This document shows positions 32,001-44,790 of a stretch of DNA of 64,000 nt, piece after piece. The translations under genes were made by a program, and so were the position numbers. Positions within the stretch are counted from its first letter, which is position 1, and the number at the start of each line of letters is the position of its first letter. The notes under the pieces were generated by a model, which was given only the letters and a program-made list of their open reading frames with translations, searched no databases and was not told the DNA's origin. The stretch comes from Rhynchobatus australiae (lineage: Eukaryota): NCBI GenBank assembly GCA_034780895.1, contig JAUZTB010000098.1:89120201-89184200 (forward strand), in the 5' to 3' direction.

Positions 32001-35000
32001 GCAAAAAAAAATCAAAAGCAACAGGTACTGTAAAAAGGACATGTTTTAGATTCCCCAGAGAATGATTTAATTGGTAGGAATAAAGAAGATTGAATTCCAG
32101 GTTATTTGTACAATATGGTGCCATGTAGTAATATGTGCCGAGTTTTGATGATATAAAATAAATTACTTATTATATTTAATACTATAATAGAATTATGTTT
32201 TATGAATTTGAATTGCAGAAAATAGTATTTATTTTTCCTAGTATATAACCCCTTAAAATTCGAATAACAATTGTGATAATTACCTGTTCAAAAGATATTG
32301 CAAAACGATATAGGATTAAGATTATCATTAGAAAGTTGGGCCTAAATGCAAACGGATAGACTGAACTATGCCATGACACACAGTGGACGCGCGGAGACAA
32401 AACAGTGAGTATAGTAGGAAAATTATTCTAATGCCAAGTGTAAAAATGGTTTGCAAATTATCCCCAAATGTCAGGTATGCTCTTTCTTTGAAACAAATGA
32501 TCTAGTCGGGGCTAGTTTCAATTACATGTTCTGATCCCAACTATTACAAAGCGAATCGCAGCATCTTGTGTATATGGTATATATGTCATAGAGAAATACT
32601 TGTGATTTATTTATTGTATGTAATATATCATATGTGTTCATGTAGTATCTAACTGCTATTTTTCACTCCCGTACATAATAATACTTATATTATAATGGGC
32701 GTATTATAGCTAAGCACGGAGTTAGATAGCGACGTCNNNNNNNNNNNNNNNNNNNNNNNNNNNNNNNNNNNNNNNNNNNNNNNNNNNNNNNNNNNNNNNN
32801 NNNNNNNNNNNNNNNNNNNNNNNNNNNNNNNNNNNNCGTCAGTGTTGTCAATACTGGATGTGACATTTGTTAAATCATTTTCAGAGTGACGCTAAGAAGA
32901 TAACTCTCGGTAGCAAAGCAAAAATTGGGGGTATAGGAAATTTCGGGGGTGGTAGCATCACTCCTGATCATAAGTGAGTTCATTCATTGAGCGGATTTAA
33001 AATACAGAATTTCAGAAATATTTCTTGTTCAATTATATGAATCTGCAAATCGAAGGTAACAACTACACACTAATCAGGCACGTGGTGTAATATTTAAAAT
33101 GTAAAATATAACCTTGTTTTAATGATTGGGATTTTTCTTGTCTAAATACAATTGGTGCTGCATCTACCCATTAAGATAATGGATTAAATGTCGGGAATTT
33201 TGCAGTCAAACTGAATCGCAGTACCTGTTGTTATTTTGGCTTTACAATCTTCTTTAATCTTCACACAGCAAACGGGAAATCCTCTCTCAAGTTACCGGGA
33301 CTTTAAGAACTCCTCGTCTTTCCCTCCACGCGGATTTATATATATATATAATGCAACAATTGTAGATTTTGGCCGCACTAAAATCTGTTTAGAAAATATT
33401 CTAAATAACGAATGCAATGGGAAACATTTCTTTAAACAACACGTGAAGGATAGCTGCGTGTTTGGCAATTCAATTCTTTTTCTGTTTTTTGATAGTTCAA
33501 TCTCTAGTCAAGACATCTCATTTTATCAATAGGTGTAGCAGTAGTCCATAGTACATAGAGGAAAAGGCACAAGGAGACGTGTAGAATGCGATATGAAGAA
33601 ACCATGTAGGAAAAAGATGGGCATTAAGACAATATTACCGCAATCCAGTATCAATACATAGAATGCGTGCGCGCTTGTCAGTGTTTCTTGGGCTATATTG
33701 ATACTGTTTTAAAAAATACTTGGGACAATTTAATGTAAACTGCAAATGGCACACACTTATACATAAATCTTATATTTAAACATATTTAATTAAAATTTCA
33801 GTCCAAATATAAACGTTCTTGTCTGTTCCAGATGTGGGGGTTTGGTATACTTTTATTTGTTCCCATTCATCTCTTACACTGCCGCACTTTTTCGTGCAGT
33901 TTATGTATAATGTTAAGCAATGGAGGAGACGGCACTGTGTATTTCCAAGCATTCCAATATCTTTGTATGTATATCGTTGCATAAACATATATATGCCTAG
34001 ATACATGCGCATTCTTAGAAATACGGTGTCTAACATTAATTATAAAACTATTAATTCTCCCAAGTCTAATAAACAAACGTCGCGTTAGTAAGAAGATTGA
34101 TTGAATACATGCAACTAAATCTGACTAGTCCAGGAAGAAATAAAATTCAATCAGTGTGCGGAATCATTTTTCATTAGACGGAAAAGCACAGGGCGTAATG
34201 CAGCCAGAGGTCAGTGCAGGGGATGTCAGTTTAACAACACCACAGCGAAAATGAGACCAACAAGGGGCTTTGGCTGGTTACTTTAACTCTAAAACTTATG
34301 CTGTTCTTGGGTTCATTGCTTTGAAACGGTATTTTACCAGATATGATTTAAAACGATCATTTCTAAATCATTTTGCCTACCACTTTACCTCAAACAATTA
34401 AAGCCTACCGCCGTTCTAACACGTTTATAGCAGCTTGACACTTAAATGAATATATTCTGAGTATATGCTTAAATCAGTAATAATAATTATGTCTTTATTT
34501 TGCAGTGGTTTCAAGTTCCAGACGTTCCTGTCCTGTAACTGGTGTCCGTTTGTTTTAGTAAATGATAGGGACTGATCTGTTCTTTGGCTGCTCCCTGGGT
34601 TCACTGGCGGTCTGTTGTGCTTGGTCAGAACAGATTGTCTCGTGTATTTTTGTTGTGTAGTCAGTGATGTGTTCCACATTGTCTTGAACTGATGCCATTC
34701 GCATGCGACTGATTTCAGTCTAGTTTGGGTGAAAGGGTCAAGATTTTACTTTCGATTTTAGTTGATGCAAAGCCACTAGTTGGCTCCCCTGCTATTACTT
34801 TCAATCGCGCTGTAACTCAAGCGTCAGAATAAACTCACGTTGGAAAGCTCCAGGTCAGAGCTGATTATAGGGTTGGGTGGCCGACAATTTTTTCCCTAAA
34901 TAAACACAGCTTGATTCAACATGGGTGGGCAAACGGGCCAATTTTCACAAACACTTTGGGAAAGGGTTTGGTGTGGGGGTGGGGGAATGGTGGTTGGTGG

Positions 35001-38000
35001 TGCGGGTGTCACAGCGAGAAAGAACAACAGGGGACTGAAAGGTACCTGCGCTTCACAAACAGATAAGCAGCCCCGGCACTTTAGATCCGTCCAAATAGCG
35101 ATAAAGTGGGAACTCTCGTAGGAAAACACCAGCGCAGAGACTAGCAAACTGCAACTCAAGAGCTCAAGAGTCCGGGATATCTTTACAAGCAAGGAAGTTC
35201 AGGGCAAATCCCAGTGCCCCTGGGGACCCGGCAATGAAACGAAGACAATGTGACTCANNNNNNNNNNNNNNNNNNNNNNNNNNNNNNNNNNNNNNNNNNN
35301 NNNNNNNNNNNNNNNNNNNNNNNNNNNNNNNNNNNNNNNNNNNNNNNNNNNNNNNNNNNNNNNNNNNNNNNNNNNNNNNNNNNNNNNNNNGGGAAGAGGG
35401 AAAGGTGGAGAGGGAAGGGTACTAAGAAGGCAATTTAATATCTTAATAGTAGGAACTAGTAACTTCTATAAATCACAGGGCATTAAAAGTCAGTTTTACA
35501 TAACTACAAAATGAGCTACAAATGCAACTTTGTGGCCTCATTCCTGACCAAGATACAGATTATGGGTAAAAAAAATGTTAGCAGCTTATTTTTTTCAAGC
35601 TTGCGTGGTCACTGTATGTTTTAACACAGATACTGCCAGTATTGGATTGATAGAGAAATGTTTAAGGCAGTGTTTCTCCTCTTTTTATTGCCCTCCGTTT
35701 ATATTCTGGGCTCGGACTATATTTCAACCCCAGCCCAAGAACGTTCCCTTCACTCTAACACCATTAGGCGGCTGCGTCTCCTCTTATCATCAGACTTTTA
35801 TTTTAAATGCCTCAGGGTATAGATTCCAAATTGCTCCCGCGCCATCCAGTGAAGTGGACAACCATATTGTTGTACAAGTTCTAAATTAACTTACACTACG
35901 GGAGGATTTATTAAAAGCTTTGGAGCGTTATTATTATTGGCTAATTTGATATAGGGTTTTATTCCTCGTGCAAAGGGATGTCGTCGTTTCAATATTTTTA
36001 ATAACACTGATTTAGCTCAACCTCTCCCCTTCGGATCCTTCAATGGGAGTTACTGGATTTCTAAAGCAAAACCAGCATTAGATCATTTAAGTTCGTCTGG
36101 GCACAATATTGGACCTGAGGGGTTTTCCCCTTTATTCTGTAAATCGGGGGAAATGCTTAAGAATTGAGAACAGCGAAAAGTCACAGTTCAGCAGAGATAA
36201 GGATCACGAGGTGTCGGCTACTTATTCTCCCACTCGCTGCCTTTCTGATCCCAGTAGAACACCGACGCCAAACTGGAATCCAGGAGGTTTTAAAGCATTT
36301 TCTTGACTTAGTCGGAGACTTTGATATGGTGTGATTTTTTTCTCTCTCTAATATTAAAGGTAAATAATTGTTATTGTGCTGAGTTTCCTTGAGATTGGAG
36401 CCCCGGAGAGACATTGGCTTAACTCCCGATTAGTTTGGAGTTGCAAGAATTTACACAGTTCTCCCAGTCTTTGGAGTGGTACATACATACCATTACTCAC
36501 ACTTCCACCAAGGCAAAAATACAAAGCAAGAAACTTTTATTTAGCTGGTTCCGCAGTTAATCGTAGAACCCTATATTTAGAAGGGATTTAACTATTTGGG
36601 CCTGTCCAGTTTACCTGGCGTGGTTGCTTTTGATGGTCACCAGCGGTTTTAGTTCATGCTACAATTCACATTCAATGCTAAACGCAGAGCGGTATCTTGC
36701 ATTTAAATTAGATGGAAGGGTAATAACCGCTCTTTGCAAACAAATAACAATTGGACATGTTGCGGGTTGTAACTGTGGACTTTGATGAGATCGAACTGTG
36801 GGTAAAATACATATATCGGCTCTCCCAATCGTCGAAGTATTTTGTCCAACTGCAGAGTAAAATTAGTAGAAACTCAAGAGTTGAAAATTTGCAGCCTCTA
36901 CTGGGAATTGTCTGTTTAACCCTGTGGGGATTGTAGTAGCAGCTCTGCAAAATATCAGCAAATGGAATATCGGAGTTTTCCCTTTCCTCGGCAGCACGTC
37001 GCGAATGAGATCCGATTTACCGAAATGTTTATATCAAACATTATTCTTTTACTGAATATAATTCCTAAGTTTTAAAGAAATATCTTTAGTGGCAACCAGA
37101 GATATCGGTGCAGTCATCAGATGAACAGGGCCTCTAAGTTCTCAGCGCCCAGGTGTCTGCGTATGTTGTATAAAACATACTCTTAATATAATTTAGATAG
37201 GTTAATAAATTCTACATGGCGTTCAGAGTGTGGCAAAAAAAATAAAAGAACTTGGGTGTGCGGGTCCCAATTTCATTTTCGCAAAATAAAAAGCCAGGAC
37301 TGGATTATATGGTTTGGTTTAGTCTGCTGTAATATTGACGATGAAACGCATTAGCTCTTTTCAGTGGCACCGCTGCACTCACTTCCTTTCGACATAAGCC
37401 TGGGGCTGGAAACCTCTGCCAATGCCAACAGGCAGACTACAAGGCAGCTGCTGCAAGTTGCGGACTGGACGACAGAACTGCAACTACAAGTTGGAGCGTT
37501 GCAGCACCTGGGCAGATTGTGTACATTAAAGGGACGCTAAATCTTTTGGAATATCAACGTTACTGACACTTAATAACTCGAGATTTTAACCTTACTATTG
37601 CGTAAACCTCAAACATTTGTTTGTATTTGTAACAATATTTCTTCCAAAGAAGGAATAGTCTTCCGTTTTAAGGCAACCTTTGCATTTTCATAGAATATTG
37701 ATTTATATTTATTTTCTCCAAGAAGTGCCCTGATTTTTTTTATCATGCCTCTATAAAATAGCATTTGCTGTCAATATTTACACAGTTTACTGAACAAAAC
37801 TGCGACGAAGCTTGCTGTAGAAGAAGTCTGAAGCTGTATGATTATTCAACTATTGCATGCAGTAAAATCTGAAATAACCCTGACCTTTAGAAGTTACACC
37901 TTTAAACCGAAAGAACGATATTATTAACACAATATTACAGTATCATTGTAAATGCAATCTGAAATGTAATTGATTCATATTTTAAGACTCGGGCTAAATG

Positions 38001-41000
38001 GTCCAGGTTAGTACAGTGCTGGATGTAAACAACTCTTACTACAACCATACAAACATTCATTAACACTGCTTTTAAGGGAATACATTTACATAATTTGCAT
38101 ACATTAATCGAACAAAGCAGATCTTTGAAATTCCGTTTAGTGAGTTTTTTTTGTAAAACACGGTGCACCGTACCGCAACATAGCTCGGAAAGTGAAAGTC
38201 TGGTGCAAAAACAGATAATTGGATATAGTATGCTACTTAAGATGAGTATTTCCAGCATTTTCTGTTTATATTTGTTATCGTGCAATTCAGTTGATAAAAC
38301 TTTACCTGAAAACATTATATTTTTAAAGAGTTCAGTATAAAAATATTCACTTTAATCTGTGGGCATTTTGGATCAATGGCAAACTTATTGTGAACTGCGG
38401 GACACTCTCTCATACGCATTCCAATTTCAATCATAATTCAACATTTAAAACATGTATTAATCAACAGATATTTAAAATTGGGATTAGTTCTGGGCACATA
38501 ATTGTGAATAAATCACTATTTTTTCACTTAAATGCTTAAAGTGCCCTGTTTTAAATCGGGCGCTTAATACACAATAGCTGAAGGAAGAGTTTTTCCTCTT
38601 GAAATAAAATAAAACTACTTGAAAGATACATTCCCAGGGCCGGGACTTTTAAGTACTCTGCGACATTAGTAGGTCGTGGTCAGGGATATGCAAGTAGAAT
38701 CGACAGAAGAACAGCGTGTGTTCCTCGATTGGAAAGGTCCCAGGGACTGGCAGTGATTGACAATCTGATGTCATGTGGACCTAAGAGTTCAAATACTGAA
38801 GCACCTGGTCAGTTTGGAACCTGTTCGGGCATCTCTCTTTAATGTCATACGGACACAGGGTGTTTATCCTCATCATCCACTCCATTAGGATACATTTTTA
38901 GAATCTTAAACTACATAATCGGTTGACTGATTTGCGCGTGTCCTTCTCGCCGTATAGTTTACAATCGGTTCAGTTTACAAGCTCACACCAACCAGAGGTC
39001 TGACTATTTCTGATCTATGCGAGGAAAACTGAAAATTTAGCATTTCCCTACCTTTATTTTGTGAAGTTATACTTGAAGAGCAATCGACTGTGAGGCATAA
39101 ATTACATTAATTTTCATATATATTTTCTCTACTGAAAGCTGATGGCAACAAAATGTTCTCGTCATTCCAATTTAAGAATGAACGTTGTTTCCCCTCTCTA
39201 TACTGCATAGGAATTCAGAACGAACATTTGGAAAAATGCCTTTATACATCATTCTGGGATTCATCAATGTTCCTCGACAAAGTTAGATTAAGGTTTACAA
39301 GGGACAAGATGTGCTGTCTTGTTGCATTGTTATGTGAGGTATACAAGTCATTACAATATAATTTACCGATTCGCTTGAACATATTTTTAAAAAATCATCG
39401 GTTTCTCACAAGTTAATTTGTATAATTCATCATTGTTTTTTTTACAACGAATGTCCAAGTTAAAATTATCTTAGAGAGTTAAAAAATATAGCAACAAATA
39501 TTGAATTGGGATTTGACAAGGCGGCCGGTTTTGACTTGACGTGTGCGAGTGAAATATTCCACTCCGTTCAACAAGGTAGCGTCCGATGAATTTTTAGTCG
39601 AAGATGATTCTGTAAATTAAATGTCATTTCCCCAATACCAAATTTGCGTCCGTTTTTATATTCTGTGAAGTTCTAAACGATTGGTAAAACGAGCGTCTTT
39701 TTTCAAACTAATGCACGAGGTGTCTGAGATCCCCAAAACAGTCCACACTGGACATCTGCAATCAAACGATCATTTATTTGACTGCTCAGCAGCATTTCTT
39801 GCAAGCAATTAGACCTAGAGGAAGTAACGAAAACGTACTTCGCGCTCAAAGATTTGCACAGAGCAGTACATATAAAGGGAAGCGAGATTTAAATAAATCT
39901 GCGGCAATGCCTTCATATGAAGAGTATGATAGACGTGTTCACTGAGGACAAGGCTTCCTTTCACCAGCTGAGGGCAACTGTGGTCAGTGAGAACTTGAGT
40001 AGTTCTCTTTCGCAGACTGTAGACAGTCCACGAACAGATCCGACATCTAAGTGCGCCCCCCCCCCGCCAACTCTCCCCCAAAATCGGACGCCTGCTCTCG
40101 ATTTTTTTTTGCTTATTAATGTTTAATATTATGAAATAGTTGCGAGGATTTTAATATTTTATGGAGTGCCTGATTAACCTTCTTCGAACTTTTGACGCCA
40201 TGATCAACGGTTAGATGCTTTGAAAAAATATGTTTCTTGCACCTGTATCAAGCCTGTAAGCTGGTGTCCTTTTCCCAGACTTTGGCGATGTCTACTCACA
40301 TATGTTCCCAATTATACTCAACAAGTCCCACTGTCTGACTGCTGGGAACTGCAGCTTGTTATAAGGTGTTCTGTTAATAAATTAAATCAACCGAATCTCT
40401 GCGCAAAATAAAAGACCAGTTTATTTTAAATGCACCCAATATAACTCACTACTTGCCACAACAACTCAGCATGTTTGAATTTTGCCCCCCACCCCCACCC
40501 CATGGCAACATCACCGATGTGACGGCAAGAAAATGAGCTGACCATTTGTTTTACCGAACTGTAAACGGAACTGGAATTGGACGGGAAAAAAAAGTCACTG
40601 AGAATATGCGTATTTGAGGGGACCATTTGAGGTATTGCAACCAAATCACATAGAATAACTTCTTAAACCCAGCCCACGTAAACATACGTTTCTTATGGCT
40701 CACCTGGAACTCTACTGTAGAACTTCTTCCACTCAAATGATTACAACACCAACCCTGTTACATTTAAACCGCCCAATGACTAAAGTGGATTTTTGTTTTC
40801 TTGCTTGTGCAAGCATCGAGGAATAACTGGTACTTTTTTTTTAAACGCAGCAAGTTCACAATGAGCACACGTATGGCTATAAACTTAATCCTAGTTCGAC
40901 GTTTGCTTTGAAACTTATTTCCAGCAGCGTCACTCGGTATCTTACTGTGATCAAGTCTGAAAATATGTTTAGCTCGATTAATATTTTAAAGGTGGTCTGT

Positions 41001-41849
41001 CTGACTTTTAAACAATTTGAAAATATTTCACATTAAATCATTAAATGCTAAGACTGACAGTAAGATGACCGAAAAGCTGTGGCGGTTTCTGTGGAAGGAA
41101 GGAGACTTTTTTTTGTGGGGGGGGGGGAAGTAGGGGTGGGAGTTCCGGATCCAGGATAAACTGCAAGATTCGATGGATAAGATTCAACATTGAAAGCTTA
41201 TAGTGAGAGGGAAACCGGCGCTCAACATAACCGCCTCTTAAACCTTAGGGAAAAAATAGCTTTCAGTGAAAGAAAACGTTTTAAAACAAAGATGTTAATT
41301 ATTCTTATTTTAAAGTATGTCCTATGAGTATTTTAAAAATCGCCAGCATCCCCGCACAACCACCCCGGAGACAGACTGGGATCTAATTATAGAAAGCAGG
41401 GAGCGGAACTGAGAGGGCACAGATCCGCAGGTTGAATGGTGTGAAATACAGAAGGATCTTTTATAACCAGAATGCCTTCCTTACCCCTGAAATTGTTCCC
41501 TCTTACGTCCACAAGCTCTCATTAAGGTTTCCAAGGAATTTCTCTTTACTGTGCCTTGGGAAACTAAGCCCGCGTTGTTCATTGGAAGTTAAAATTTCGC
41601 ACTGTGTGTAATCTGTGTGAAATCTACTCTTTAAAGCCAGTCAGCGTTTACGGGCCTGTAAAGATGCCCATGCCCCGATATTTATAAAATGCTATTTTGT
41701 TTAAAAATATCATATTACCAATTGCACAGGCATGAAATAATGTCGTAAGATTTAGAATTTATGTAACACCTACACAAACAAAAGCACCGAATTATTAGAA
41801 ATCGACATCTTCATATTTTAACGAAGCAGGAGTCATTTTCAATAACTGG

Positions 41850-42199
41850 TTGATTTTAAACAAAATCTTATTTAATGCAGAAAGTTACAAAATCATGATT
41901 ATTCCTGAACCCCATTGAATGCTTCACCCAGTTTACAAAGAAGTTGCAATATTAAAGGCAAAAGTAAAATCATCAATCGTTAAAGACAGTTCTCATCAAC
42001 CATTGCTATGATTAGTCTGTATTGTTTTGAAGTCATAGTACACCATTCAGCAGACCGTTTAAGAAACAGCCACCTTAAAATTGCGATTCCCTTTCCCTTG
42101 CTCATTTGAACCATCGATAATTTCTTTCCGATCATTGAATTTGATCCTATATTCCATGAGAAAATCTCGTGGCTCTGCTATGCGGAATAGTATCCGGCC
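41850..42199 (-). other. GMDS 3' UTR with candidate ATTAAA poly(A) signal (41876-41871)
   Basis: ATTAAA on the minus strand about 325 nt after the stop. The 3' end is not verified. Confidence 0.4.
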
Positions 42200-42262
42200 T
42201 CAAGCGTTTGGGTTGGCCCTCATGAGCTCGATATCAGCATCCACCATCTCCTTCACCAGTTC
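42200..42262 (-). CDS. GMDS: GDP-mannose 4,6-dehydratase, last coding exon (ELVKEMVDADIELMRANPNA*)
   Basis: Minus-strand translation matches the recalled human GMDS C-terminus (ELVREMVHADVELMRTNPNA*). AG acceptor at 42264-42263 (ttatgtgcag|GAA), stop TGA at 42202-42200, 63 nt, phase 0. Confidence 0.95.
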   Translation of the reverse strand, partial: ELVKEMVDADIELMRANPNA

Positions 42263-42607
42263 CTGCACATAAGCACATCAAGAGCGTGGTCATTTAGGGC
42301 AGTTGAGCCCAGACCAGCGACCAGAGGAGGAAAACAAAACGCGAGCACATTTCATCAGGAGAACTGGACGTTAGAAATAAGCACACATTTTTAAAAAAAG
42401 AGCAGTATTATCAGTTGTGATATGAAAAATGCTTGTCATGTACGGAAAAATGAAATTGAGAAATAAAGTCAATTGTAAAGGAACATGAAACTGTGCGCTG
42501 GGGCTGATGCTGTCACAAGGGGCGTGGGGTGCCCGAGTGGCGGCAACAGCTCCAGCTCAAACGTGTTCTTATTTTATGTAAATTTGTAAATCCAAAGCAA
42601 AACTTAC

Positions 42608-42796
42608 GTCAAAAGAAACTTTTGGTTTCCATCCCAGNNNNNNNNNNNNNNNNNNNNNNNNNNNNNNNNNNNNNNNNNNNNNNNNNNNNNNNNNNNNNNN
42701 NNNNNNNNNNNNNNNNNNNNNNNNNNNNNNNNNNNNNACTTTTGGTTTCCATCCCAGCTTCTGCAGGGCTTTGGTGCTATCTCCTTGCAGAAATTC
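42608..42796 (-). CDS. GMDS: GDP-mannose 4,6-dehydratase, penultimate exon (EFLQGDSTKALQKLGWKPKVSFD), artificially split by a 100-N gap
   Basis: Acceptor ttttctctttaaag|GAA at 42797 and donor GAC|gtaagt at 42607. The peptide matches human [23 protein letters not shown]. Removing the gap and a 20-nt duplication gives a 69-nt in-frame exon that splices in phase over a 345-nt intron to the last exon. Confidence 0.93.
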
Positions 42797-44179
42797 CTTT
42801 AAAGAGAAAAACCCCAAGTCAACGTCACTGTCTAATGACTTTTATGGTGTTGTCTTTTAATGGTTTATTGCTGCTTCTTTCACTAAAATCCGCACAAAGC
42901 ACTGTGGTAATTGAGCCCCGCGGCAGCATAGTCTCTCTGGGATGTTGCAGGTTTAAGGTCAGAGGTAAACTAGGGGTCGATTTACTGACAGGTACCACCC
43001 TGAACGAATTCCCGCTGGCCCTCTGACTTGCGGAGACGAGACCATACACTTGACTTTACATGCATTTCGCTCAAGTGTTAAGGCAGACAACAAACGCCAT
43101 CCGAAAAGCTGTTACAAAATTAGATCAGTTCTCTCTCCCTAGTATGTCAATCTGAGCGTCAGTAGGGCTCCTTAACCAGAATGTGGTATTTTACTTGTGA
43201 CTGTATTTTCAGAGACCATTTTAGTTGCTTAAAAGGTTGTGATGGGATGGAGACTACATAACATTTCAATAGAAGAGCAAGTGGAATGAATGTGCTTCTG
43301 AAGACCAGTCATTCCACTTTTGAAGCCCAAAGTAGGACAATCGGCTGTAGAAGTACCGAATCAGGCAACGCTCTCGTCCGTTCCATTCCCAGACTTCCAA
43401 ACCCTACATTTGTCCTGAACCCACTTTCAGTCAGCGATATCCTTGAACTTCCTTGGAAACGAACATCTCCAACGGATCCGGTTGTACTTATACCAACAAA
43501 CAGTTCCCTTACAAACTACTGGAAGCGTTTAATTAAAATTACGTCTTTATTTTCCTTCTTTGTCTGTATTTGATGTTTTAGCAACAAGTTGTTGGGGCAA
43601 ATTACTATAGGTTAAAATGGATCATCACAATTTCAACTGGTTTTCATCACTTGATCTCTGGCCTTGCATGTGCTAGAGCGCCCACAATCAGTGAATGTGT
43701 TGGTTTCATTTATATACATACACTTGCAGACACAAATGTGACGCTACAAAGATATCCATATTTAAATCTAGTAAATTTCCTGTTAAGTGACCTGAATGCT
43801 CAGTAATTTGATGGTTTTAACATGCAGTTATTTATTTTTGCACCATTTTCTTCAAGGATAAAATTCCCCAGGCCATCTCTGATTGGGGCCAGGACTGGCT
43901 GTTTAGATGACAGGTGTTCACGGGAGAACTGGAGGGAATCCACGATGAACATTGTTTATGTATGGGCACCATAAGATAAGGACAAGTACATCTTAATAGG
44001 CCCACGCCTGGATTTGGCAAACTCTGCTTCTCAGAAGCCCAAGGTGCATGAGATTGCGAGGTGGAATTTTCCTGATGTCTGGCTCCGATCGTTCCTTGAC
44101 AAAAGGGTAACATCAGAACATTAATATATGCATGACTCCAATGCAAACATACAAAAACTGTAATGGAATATTGACCCCC

Positions 44180-44790
44180 CAAATGCAAGGGTTCTGAAAT
44201 ATAGTGGGGAGGTGGTTATTCTTCAATTGCAGGAAGCATTGATTAAACCACATCAGAGTTTTACAGATGGACAGATTGGCTTTGGCTACAGATTCAGCGA
44301 TTTTAAAAGGGTTAAATTATGAAGCTAATTTGCATACTTTTGGTTTATTTTCCTTTGAGGTTACAGGATTTGAGGAGAGACCTAATAAAGATGAAAGGAA
44401 ATGACAGAGCAGACCACTTGGCAGGATATTTACTGGATTTAAATATTTATATCTTTGTACTGTCACTTTTTTGTCTGTAAACATCATTTATATAAATGCA
44501 GCGAAACTTGCCTCTGCTGCAGTAAAACAGAACAAGAGTACAATTTTAAAATTACAGCATGCCACCTTACAATGAAATTAGAAAGCACTTCTTCAAATGG
44601 CAGAGAACATCTGGAATTTGCTTTCCCAAAATTGTGAGGTGCATGCTGGATCAATTTGCATTTTCAGGACTGAAATCCATATATTTTTATTAAGTAAGGG
44701 TTTCAAAGGATTTAGAGCATAAGCAGGTAGATGCAGTTGAGTTACAAATTAGCCATGATCCATGACGACACCAACCCGAGTGACACGACT
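44180..44790 (+). mobile_element. Highly decayed CR1 3' region
   Basis: gggttaaattatgaag, gaggagagacctaataaag, gaaattagaaagcacttcttc, tggaatttgctttcccaaa, ttagccatgatc. Confidence 0.55.

Noticed and set aside
41117-41145. G-quadruplex from a poly-G run
   Set aside because: A simple homopolymer of uncertain length with no supporting context.
42529-43049. 165-aa plus-strand and 74-aa minus-strand ORFs near the GMDS exon
   Set aside because: These are gap-spanning or chance frames; only the splice-bounded 69-nt minus-strand exon matches a known protein.
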